A stretch of DNA of 64,000 nt from Leucoraja ocellata (lineage: Eukaryota). This document shows, piece after piece, positions 13,385 to 25,300 of the stretch. The position numbers were made by a program, and so were the translations under genes. A model generated the notes under the pieces. The model saw nothing but the letters and a program-made list of their open reading frames with translations, made no database searches and was not told where the DNA came from. Where the stretch lies: the NCBI GenBank assembly GCA_036785375.1, contig JAWMAR010000028.1, forward strand, positions 1-64,000. The letters are read 5' to 3'. Position 1 is the stretch's first letter. Each line of letters opens with the position of its first letter.

Positions 13385-16300
13385 CTGAGGGCCAGGAAAG
13401 GACAAACAATGAGGCAATATTGTGGAAATACCATCTGAAGGCAATAAAACAGTTGCATTGAAATACAATGGGGCTGTGAATATTTATTTTGCAATGAGCC
13501 CTTACCAATCTTCCTCTTTGGGTTATAGGAAAATCATCTTAATTGATGGGGAATCACTTTTTAGCTCTGCTGTGGGACACTGAGCCTCTAGTAACTTAAC
13601 ACAACTTTGTTCCATTAGCTGGTGTACAAATGACTGCCCATCACTGTGCAGAATATCGAGGGATAATAATGCCCATCTTGCAAATAAATTATGTTGCGTT
13701 CTCCAGTGATACAGAAGGATCTGAAACTCAGCCTTATATTAGAATCACTTGTGACAATATATAATACATCGGTATTTGTGTTTTTGAAAATCTTTCCAAA
13801 TAAACAAAATCTCTCATTATTAAATAAGGAGCCATACAGTCCTTAATGTCATTAGAAAGACATTACAAACACAGACTGTAACTTGTTAAACAAATGGAAG
13901 TCCTCAAATCTTTCTTCTAATCCCAAGATTATTGACTTTATAAATGCAATGTTCTTGTAACAGTATAATCTGAAATAATTTAAAAGGATACTGGTTAGAC
14001 CGAGTTTCAAGACTTACGGTAAAGGGTCTTTCAGTACATAAGTTCTTTGCTGCCATTTATCTCTCATCCTCTCATATCCTGCTGTTCCTTTCCCTCTCAC
14101 GTGCTAATCACAGTTTTTCTCACTACTTATGCTACCTATTTTGGAAATACACTACATATGCTTAATATAAAGTTTCAGTGGATGTTTCTCAAAATCTAGT
14201 AAAAGCCAATGACTGTTGTTTCTTGAAATCTGAAATAAAACAAAACTTTTAAAAACTCAGGTCAGGCAACATCTATTCAGACCAAGTTTTCGCTTCATTC
14301 ACATTTATGGCCCTTCTGGCTTTAACAGTTTCTATTTTCCTGACTCACTACCTAATATTCTTCATGTCCATGTCACACCCCCATCCTCCACCAGGATAGA
14401 CAGAGCCTATCATTTCCTCCTTGAGCAGAGACCCAACTTGTATCCCTCACCCACCACCTTCCTTTAATTATCTGAACATGCTGTGATTCCAAACACTACT
14501 TACTTTCTCTGTTGGGCCATTCTTTGGAAAGTGAACCAAAATGTCACACACGTTACCAAATGGCATCACATAAATTAATCCATTAAAAAATTATTGTAAC
14601 AGATTAATCCTATTCATTGCTATTTTCCTACCTACAGAACATAATGCATGTCTGCTAAAGATATGAACAAGTTAGCTTTTTAAAATTCACAAGAGTTTGT
14701 AAGATAAATCTGAGTTATGAAAAAAAAAAGTTCCGTGTGAGGTCACCAGTCATATTTGACCTCTGACCCTAAACAAACATTGTCAGCATAACATAAATAT
14801 TTCACTTGATAAACTGAAAAAAATATGAATCGTATATACTACACAGTATAAAACAATATACCTGTAATGCTTTTAGAATTCGAAGATATGTATTGCACAA
14901 TTTTTCATATTTTTGGTCACACGTGACTAAGAATGGATCTGATGCTGTGGAAGCCCTTTTAGAATCAAGTTATGCTGATTTTCTGTATCAGTTTCATAAA
15001 AGGCTCCCTCTCTCACTTATCTTCCGGTGGTTATTTTTAACAGGAAGGCAGATTACTATCTAAATGGCATCAAGTTGGAAAAGGGGAAGTACAACAGGAT
15101 CTGGGGGTCCTTGTTCATCTGTTCATGGCCTTTATAACAAGAGTCGAGTAAAGGAGCAAAGAGGTCCTTCTGCAATTGTACAGGGCCCTAGTGAGACCAC
15201 ACCTGGAGTATTGTGTGCAGTTTTGGTCCCCTAATTTGAGGAAGGACATTCTTGCTATTGAGGGAGTGCAGCGCAGGTTTACAAGGTTAATTCCCGGGAT
15301 GGCGGGACTGTCATATGCTGAGTGAATGGAGCGGTTGGGCTTGTACACTCTGGAGTTTAGAAGGATGAGAGGGTATCTTATTGAAACATATAAGATTGTT
15401 AAGGATTTGGACACGCTAGAGGCAGGAAACATGTTCCTGATGTTGGGGGAGTCCAGAACCAGGGGCCACAGTTTAAGAATAAGGGGTAAGCCATTTAGAA
15501 CGGAGACGAGGAAACACTTTTTCTCACAGAGAGTTGTGAGTCTGTGGAATACTCTGCCTCAGAGGGCGGTGGAGGCCGGTTCTCTGGATACTTTCAAGAT
15601 AGAGATAGATAGGGCTCTTAAAGATAGCGGAGTCAGGGGGATATGGGAAGAAGGCAGGAGCAGGATACTGATTGGGGATGATCAGCCATGATCATATTGA
15701 ATGGCAGTGCTGGCTCGAAGGGCCAAATGGCCTACTCCTGCATCTATTGTCTATTGTCATTGTATTGATGCTGCTTCCCACTCACCCCAAACTAGAACAA
15801 TTCTCACATTTGGTTCTAATTTCAACACTGCTTTTGTTGTCACATGGTCTATCTGAGTATTCTCTTCCTGGACTTCTCTACCTCAATTTCAGGGGAAAGG
15901 CTGCACCCAGAATCCACTACAAGCCCAATTAATTTCCTCAGTTACATACCAGATAATGTCTACAAATTTGAGTGTACTTGCAATTTAGTATAGAGATACA
16001 GCATGGTAACAGGCCATTCAGCCCACCAAGTTCGCCCTGACAAGCAATTGCCATCACACGAGTTTTATCCAATACACCAGGGACAATTTACAAAATGCAA
16101 TTAATTTAAAACCTGCAAGTGTTTGGAATGTAGGAGGGAACCAGAGCACCCGGCAAAAACCCATGCGTTCACAGGAAGAATGTACAAATTCCGTACAGAC
16201 AGCACGCAGAGTCAGGATCGAGCCTGGTTCTCTGGCGCTGTAAGGCAGCAACTCTACCACAGTGACATGGCTTTTTAAAAAAAAATTCAGCATGCAACTC

Positions 16301-19300
16301 ACTCCTCTGTCAAATATCCACTTAAGATAATTCATTTTAGTAACCTATAATCATTGCAGGATAAGATATTTAGTGTGTTCATGTTTAGGGCGACTCAAAC
16401 AATATGCAATAGAAATTGGATGTAATTTTCTGGCAAAACACAAAAATCAAGATTCAACAATAGTTGAAAATTACTTTTTGATATTGCTAATAAGAAAATA
16501 ACTGAAAATTGTTCATGGGAAATATAATTAGCCGATATTAAAGATACAATTTTATTCAGAATTGAAGTAAAATAAATGCTAACTACTGATACCATGACAC
16601 TTCCTACAATTACCGGAAATGGTCAGCACTATAAGACATTATAACTGTTCCAGGATGATGGATGATCAAACTAGCAGTGGTTTGTCACTTAAAATGTATA
16701 TGTATATATATTCTTACTTAGCCAGTAAGTATTCCCAGCTGGACTGTTCAATCCGATTCCGGAGAACATTAACGCCATTTGCTAACAAGTCATCCAAACA
16801 CTGAAGCTCCTTTTGGATATGTTTTAGCTTCACAGTTTCTGCCATGGTTCGCTTGGACCTAGAATCAAAACAACTGGTCAGGAAGGCATAGGGGATATAG
16901 CCACTGATATCTTGTCACAGCATCTTTCAAAAATAACCTATTTGAATTTAATCTAAGAAACTTTAAAACATTGTCAAAGAAAGATTAACAGGTGCTCAAA
17001 ATTCTTAGATTTATTAACATATACCCAACATCAACATGAAATCAAATGAGATAAAAAAAAGATACATATTAGTTTTCATTTTGCAATCCACTCATCAGAA
17101 GGAAATTACTCCTTCCCTTATATATAGACTCCTTCACTTGTATACATTTTGTTAATCTCCCTTCTGTACCATAGGCAAGTGCTCATGCTTCATGAGAACT
17201 TTCACAGTGAATTGCAGCACTGTCTGAATGGTCAGATGTACAGCTTATCTAAACCATGCAAATATAGGGGTCACCGAGAGTGACCCAATTATTTCTTTGT
17301 TGATCTGAGAATTCAATGAACTGCAATATTTAAGTGCCGTCCATGGAACAAATAAATGATGGGCTTTAGAATCCGATCTTCATAATAGGTCAAATTCTGG
17401 TACATGAAGCGTTATTGGATTTTGATTCAGCAAGCATGTAGTCCAAAATTAATGAGGGTTGGATGTCAATAATATCCCTTGTGGCGACACCTGGTGACAA
17501 CCCAAGGTCACAACGAACCATCGGCTCTGGAGGGCAGGGCGGCGTCTTGGTCGGGGAGGCACGGGGTCGGTACGCGAGTGGGTATTTAAGGCCGGGCAAC
17601 GCCCGTGCCAGGTGAGGAGTAGGGAGCTGTGTTGGTGAATAATAAACACGTCTAGTGCACACAACTCGTGTCCGACTAGTTTTTGGCTGGACTCCTGTGA
17701 GCCTCCGCCACACCCTCACCTTTCTGCAATGGCCTTTGACAAAAGTGCTTTCTTGCGTTTATTCTTCTCTTCCATTAATCGCTGTTCTAGTTGCAGTTGT
17801 TCTAGCCGTGATCTCTCGCGCCTGCAGATAAACAATAATATTGAAGCAACATTATAGAGGTCCAATTGAGTGCCTATAAAAGAATAAATACAAGATAGCC
17901 GGTTGTTCATAACCAGTAACAAAATCAATAATGTTACACATGATCATACATTAAAAAAAAAAAAAACACGACTGCTGTAAGTATAGGGAAGATCCAGCAG
18001 CATGTTCTTTTTATCTTTGTGGATATTATCTTTTATTACCAGCCTTTTCGTTATTGCAAACTAGTCAGCCATGCTTTAGCAATTTTGTACTATTTTCCAC
18101 TAAAATTATCTAAATAACACTAACACAGGTTGCAAGCATCAGGTGTGCATTAGCAAGCAGAGAGAAGCTTATGGGGCAATCTAAATTAGGTATTTATAAC
18201 AATATGTTTGGGTATATAGGTCCTCAAGTGTTAGTTCAGAACACGGAGGGGGGGGAGAGAGAAACAATCTTCATATTAGATCAAGGCTGCATAAGACGAA
18301 AATCAAAGACTACTTCTACGTGAAAAATGGTAGAAATGGCCTATTTCAGGATAGATTAATCCAGAATTCCAAATGAGATTATAGATTTATACAAATTTTA
18401 AGGAACCAAGGTCCCTTAAACAAAATCAAGATAATGATATGTGGGCTAACTGAATGGTAGAAAAGGCTCAAGAGGCTGAAGGTCAACTCCTGTTTCTATA
18501 TTCGAGTTAGGCAGAATATATGGTTCATTGGCATGTTTCTGATTACTTTCCGAAGGGGTGGGAGGCATTGAATCTCACCATTGCCAAGATGGCTGCATAA
18601 ATAATGAAGCATCATTTCCAATAGTTAGTTCTAGACTTACTAACAATTCCATCCCTTTGATCTGTGCTGTTGAGAGTTCTTTAATTGTAGAATCCTGGAA
18701 TATACATGATGCTTTGGCTCCAGGGTTGTCGGTTTCTTTCTTACAGCTTTCCTCAGTTGTAGTTAATTGTTTATTAGCCTCTTCTACATTTGGCTTTGGT
18801 CCCAGCTCAGATGCTGGTAGCTCTGTAGCTTTTGGAAGATTCATCTTTGTTTTGGACAGTTGTTGTTCTGGAAGGATGAAAGGAACTTCATTTTGTCCAT
18901 TTGTTCTGTGGCTATGTTGGTTCAATGCCCTTTCCCTTTGGAGTTGCTGACGACTTTTGTTTGTTGATGGTGTTCGTCCAAGTTTTTCTGCCTTTTCTGA
19001 GATCAAAGGATCTGGAAAATTAATTATTTTATAAAAAAATGATTCCATACTGTGTGACCCAAAGTGGATGATAACTCACACGGCTGCCATAATTAACTAA
19101 ACACAGCTATAACTTTAATTACCATTCAAAATACATTCTTAATTTAACAGAAGAGTAAATTGTTCAAAGCTTCATGTGTCCAGCTCATTGGAGGTAAAAC
19201 CTTTATTAATCAATTTGGTCACGATATTAAGAAATATCAAAAAGATCCTGGAGAATATACGTGCTGTTGTGGAAAAAAAGATAAAGAAACAAGTTCCCAA

Positions 19301-22300
19301 TCAGTTGTTGGACCAATTATGTGTTTGGAGGCAAATCCCAAACTCATGATGAACAGCAGATTAATATCTTGTCTTGTTAAAAGTACGTCGGTTCCACCTT
19401 TAATTCACTCTACGTTGATACATTGCTCAGACTGTCCTCAGGAATGAAAGTAGTAAAAAAAAAACTCAGCACCAAAAGGAGTTATTGTGTGCTACTCAAC
19501 GCTGCTGCACTGCGAATCTGACTAAATATCCTGCCTTCCATTGGCACGGTTAAACAAGGATTTGCTCCATAGCTATGTGGAGAGGTTTGGGTGGTTATTT
19601 TTCCAGTGGAGCCAGTGATCATAAAACTTGTTAACAAAGGCTGGGGTGAGCAATGTAGCCAAGTTGAGAGATGAGCTAACGTCCCATCCAGCAGGAGGTG
19701 TGAGACAGACGAGGATCTGAGCACTCTGTGATCAAAGAGTATGTGCTGCCAGTCCCTATCAACAACCTGCAACCCGGTGGGAGAAGGGGAGGTGGGGGAA
19801 AGAACAAAGGAGGAGCTGGCTGGGGCTACTTTGTAACTTTGTCAGTGACGTTTATGTGGCGGCTATTTGTATACCTTGGGTATGCAAGCAAAGAATTTCA
19901 CTGTGCCTTGTCACATGTGACAATAAAGTATTCCATTCTATTCCACTCACTCTGGCCACAATTCTCAGAACTGCCTGCCCAGGCCAGTTCAATACCAGCC
20001 AAGTCTCTGTTATTGTCAAAACACCATAAACCACATGGTTAATTGTGCCTGCAGCTCACCGACCTCGTTTAAAATGTTTATACTTATAAACATGTACATA
20101 CACAATCTTAGATTAAAAAAACTGAACATTTTGTTAGCAGGTCAAATTATTTTTTCAAGCTGAAACTGTGCAAGTGAGAAAACAAGTTAGTTTTATATTA
20201 CGGAAAGATTGAAAATGAGAATATATCTCTAATATGGTGAAGACAGAGTTGCCTACATGATTCCAATGTTGGTAGAGTTGCTTGGTTAGTTGAGTAGTAA
20301 GGGCATCAAGAGATAATAAAAATGGACAGGCTAAAGTTGTGAAATGCAGGATAGAGCTGATACCGAAACAAAAAGAATGCTGGAAATGCCCAGATTAAAC
20401 AGTGGCTGTTGAACGATAAAGTTAATATATTACAAATGGATACATTTATTGCATAATTACCAAGTCTGTTTACAGTTTTTGGAAATTATTGAACTTGATA
20501 GAATCTTGAAAGCTGTAGTGTGCTTAGATGGAAGAGATGCTATTCCTCAAGCTTACATTGGGCTTTGTTGGAACACTGAGGGAGTGAAACCTTGTTGATT
20601 TTGATTCAAATTGCAAAAGATGATCATTAAATATGCAAACTATTTGATGCATGGTGAGCACTATCCTTGTTCTCGGTAAAATGGATAGAGGGAAGACTGA
20701 AGATTTGGGAAATAGATAAGCAATGGCTTTGGGAACTATTTTAAAGGCAACAAACAGAGGTACCTGTATGGGAAGTTTAATCACAAGGGCAGATACAACG
20801 GAAATTGAAAAATTGGGAGAATGCAATGGAATCCTTACAGGAAACAGGATGGGAGGAAGTATAATCAAAATCACTCTGGGGTTTGTAATAGATATGGCAA
20901 CCTATTCCCCACTGAGATGGAGAGAGAAATTCGTGAAGGGAAGAATCATATCAGGAACATGTGAAAGTGAGAGCAGGGTGGAAATTGGCAGCAACACAAT
21001 TTAAGTTTTTTTCTGGAAAAATAGTTGAGAGAGAGAGATATAACTCCTGGTTGAGTGGTGCCACAACAACAACCTCTCACTCAATGTCACAAAACCAAGG
21101 AAGTAACCATTCACTTCAGAAAGGGGAAGTCTGGAGACCACGTGCCAGTTTTCATTGGTTGTTCGGCAGTGGGGAGTTGGCAGGTTCAAAATCTGGGGTG
21201 CTAATATCTTGGAAAACATGTGCTGGGCCCAGCATATAGTTGTAATCATGAAGAAGGTGATTAAAGAGATTTGGCATGTCTACAGATGTACTATAGAAAG
21301 TATCTTGACTGGTTGCATCATGCCCTGGCATGACACACAACCTAAGATGCTGAAGAGAGTGGTACTCAGCCCAGTTCATCACAGCAACAGCCATCAAAAG
21401 CATCTGTGGATTCCCACCATCTTGGCCATGCCGTTCACGCAGTTACCATTTGGCGGGTGGTCACACATAACCAGGTTCAGAAATAGTGACTTTCCTTCAA
21501 CTATAATGCTCTTGAATTGAAACTCAAAGTGCTGGAGCAACCCAGCAAGTCAGGCTGCACCTGTGGAGAAAATGCACAAGTGACGGTTTGGGTCAGGACC
21601 CCTTTTTCCTCCAGTCTGAACCATGTAGTACAATCCTATTTTCACCTCAACAACATATTACTGAGCAGCTCTTGCACTACCATGGGTTTGTTTAAGTGTT
21701 TTCCACTAATATATTGTTTTTGCTGTCTTTTTTCTTACATAATGTATGTACAATTTATGGTTTTGCACATTGTCTATCTGCTGGAGATGCTGCTTCAAGC
21801 AAAATTGTCATTGTACTTGTCCATCACCATACTTGTGCGTATGACGTTAAACTCAACGCAACTTGAAATTGGTTCTTGTATCCCAGAAAGAGGTAGGGAT
21901 AGACTGAACCATGCTGTGTAAATACCAGTTTACACAACCGTACTAATAATCTGGAGAAAGTGAGTGGAGCTGAAGGAAATTTTGTTTGGTGCTAGTATAC
22001 GTTCAGGTGGTAAATGAGAGTGTTGGAGGTGGGGTACTGGAGGAGCTGGATGTCCACAGTGAAGTTGATTCAGACCAGACTGTCAAAATGGTCGGTGGCA
22101 TCAGAGGTGTCATGGATACATGGATAAGGGACTGAACCAGGTAAGAAAGGAGGGAGTCAAGTTAGTAACAAGTTAGTAACAAGTTTGGTGTGGCAAGAGT
22201 AAGGTGATTGAGGTGGTCATGCCTGCAGATTTTGGGGACGAAGCAGAAGCAGACTGTAGAACATTGGCTCGAGGCACTGTTGAGAAGATTTCCTGAGGAA

Positions 22301-25300
22301 ATGAGGTCAGTGACCACCTGGAGGCAATGGCCTGATGTTCCATACTGGGGTCATACTCTGAAAGGAAAATGTCCAAGACCTCATATTTGAGGGTTTGAAA
22401 TCCTGCTCACCTTCCCCCCCGTCCATAAAACATCCATTCATCACGACATTTCGTTGTCTCTAATGCATTTCGTTGTCTCTGTACTGTACACTGACAATGA
22501 CAATTAAAATTGAATCTGAATCTGACTCTTGTTTCTATTAATTGATCAACTTTATAGTCATGCTTTCACTGCTCAAAGTCATGCTTTTATTCAAATTTGC
22601 TGCTAAGACTTTTGTCAAAAGCCTACCGTTTGTTTGTCTGTCATTGACGATATCAACCTCAATTCTATTTTTTGTTGCATCCAATAATTCTATTGAATTG
22701 GTTGAACAGAGTTTGCCCTAATCTATTTTCCTCCAGATGAGTTACTCTTGTCCCAGGCTGATATTTTTAAAAACCTCCCCAACATCAAGATTAATCCAAC
22801 TGGCCTGTCGTTGCTGGTCTTATGCTTGCTCCATTTTATTGAACAATATGCACTGCTCATCATTTCCTGGCATCTCGTAAATCCCAAGATATTTGGAAAA
22901 TAATGGTTAGAGCTCCTATACTTTCCTCAAAGTTTCAGAATAGACCCAGTCCCGCTAACTTATCTACCTTAAGTTAAACCAACTGTTCTAATTTGTTTAT
23001 GCTATTAACTTTAAAGTATGCAGTGTCTCAACTATCTTGTTTCTCACTATTACTTTGGAATCTTTCCTCCCTTATGAACTTTCTTCCCTTATGAAGATAA
23101 ATGGAAAACATTAATTTGGGATCTTGTACAAGTTTCCATTTTTACCTTTAATAATCCCACTTCTCCATGTAGTCCCCTTTGACAACTTCTATGTCCATAA
23201 AATCACATTTGGATTCCCAGTTATGTTGGCAGCTTATATTTTCTTGTGCAGTCTCCTTGTCGCTCTCATATTAACGTTCACTTCCCCTCTAATAGAGTCC
23301 ATATTTCACACGCACCTTTCATAAGAACACCCGGAAACATTAACTGCGTCTCTTTTTTTGCCTCAGATGCTGCCTAAGCTTTTACCTAGTTGGAGCCTTA
23401 AATTCTTAGTCTAGTCCAGTCTATTTGGTGCTATTCCTCTCTCAAACCTAATAGCACATTTGCACCCATTAAGTGTGGAAATGCAAAAGAAATACAACAT
23501 CTATTAAAGAATGTCAATTATGAGATTTTAGTTCTAAATCGTGCAGTAGATACAACAGTGATAAAAATGAACTTGACATTTCTGAAATTAATGTTAGTCT
23601 CTCTCATAAAATAGTTTAATAGGAAAATCCAGTTTCCATTAAAATAGTAGGCGTAGGATTGGAATAAATGGTGGGAGTAGGAATGGAACAAAGACCAACT
23701 TAGTCATCACTAATATAATGCCAGGACACAGTAAGTTCTGCATGCAGGGGTATGGGGAAGCTTTTTTTTTTATCAATTAACACCTGCTATGTGTTATATA
23801 GTCACAAGGTCTGACATTCAAGTTGCATCTTTTCATGTTTTATATAGATGTCTGATACAGTTGGCAAATGACACTTAAAATATCTGGGCAGCAGTGGATA
23901 TTTAAAAGAAACACTTTCCATCTGTGAACACAGATTGTTATTGAAGTAATCACATCTGAAATACCTATAATAAGAGCTAGAGAATTTTACTTATTTTGAA
24001 GATGAATAGGGGAGTGAAGAAAATCTTAAATGTTTAAGCTTTCTGGAAGTTTTAAATAAACAATGGTAACTTGTAAAGTATCCTCCAAGAATTGCATGAT
24101 TGTTGCTGATCCACTTAGCAACTGGTGGATAAGAATGGTATGAAATTTGTTGCTTGCTCTTTATCTTACAAGTTGCATTATCAAGGACTGATGATCACTC
24201 ATCTTTTAAACCAAACCAATACTTGAATGAGATTTTCAGGATGTAGATGAATCAGCTATTTTATTTCAGCTCTCATTCTTCAGAAGATATTCTGATAGAA
24301 TATTAAGAGTGCAACCTGATATCTTCAGGAAATCATTACAGTGTTAACTAGGCCAACTGATGACATCTGGTGGTTGAAACAGGACTGTCCAGTTCGGTAT
24401 TCCTAGCGCCAACCCTAGCTCGCCTCCGCCTCTCCCGCTGGGCCAACCGACAGCCTGGATCAATGACACCAGCTGCCCCAGGCCCACAGACCCCCACAGC
24501 CAGTGCCAACTCCAGCACGGCCCCAATCCAACTGCAGAGGAACCAGATGGGCCACTACGGCGACAAGTGCCAGTTGGCCCACAGCCTGGCTGCGACGAGC
24601 TCCCTCAGCCGCCGTACCTTGCTCACCACCGGCTTCTGCTCCTACGGTACCCACTGCCACTTAATCCACACCACGAGGTGGAGCGAGGGCCCCGGCCTCG
24701 CCTGCGCCAGAGTGCAAGCCTGGGCGCAGTCCGGCGCTAGACTGGGCTGCACCTTCAGCCCCAACTTGGAGCTGGCCTGGACTGAGCTTGGGGCTGGGCA
24801 AGGGAGGGGGAGGAGGTTGCTGCTGCCGACAGCAACAGCGGGCGCCTGGCCTGCCCATGGCCGGCAGGAGCCTGTCGCAGACTCCCTCTCCGACCAGGAC
24901 GACTCCAGCAGCTGGCGGCTGGCTGCCCATCTTCAGCAGGATCTCAGTGTCGGACTGAGGGAAGGAGGGGTGGAGGTGGAGGGCTGCCGGACAACCCGGC
25001 GGGATAGGCAGAGCCGAGCTGGAGGCAGCTGCTGCACGTCTGGGGCCGCCCCGGCAGCCCAGGGCCACCCCGGACAGGGACGGGACACTGGGTAGGGCGA
25101 CAGGGACAGCCCAACAGCAACTCAACAGCGTCTGCGGCGACGGACAGCTGACCCCGAACCTGAACGAAACACAAGCCTGCACACAGTGCACCACCAACAT
25201 TGCCGAGACTGTTTTATAGCTAGTGGCTATGACCTGGGCATGTGCAGTCGGAATACCGAACTCGGTTATAGGTCTAAGATATCATGGCAAATGGACACAC

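Noticed and set aside
13385-13494. N-terminal extension of the 187-aa ORF as coding sequence
   Set aside because: It is intronic; homology begins at the CAG acceptor at 13385. The same holds for the ORF overhangs around exons 2 and 3.
24661-25200. Minus-strand 179-aa ORF as an extra GORAB exon
   Set aside because: It is the antisense shadow of the GC-rich ZFP36-like pseudogene, and the GORAB frame is complete without it.
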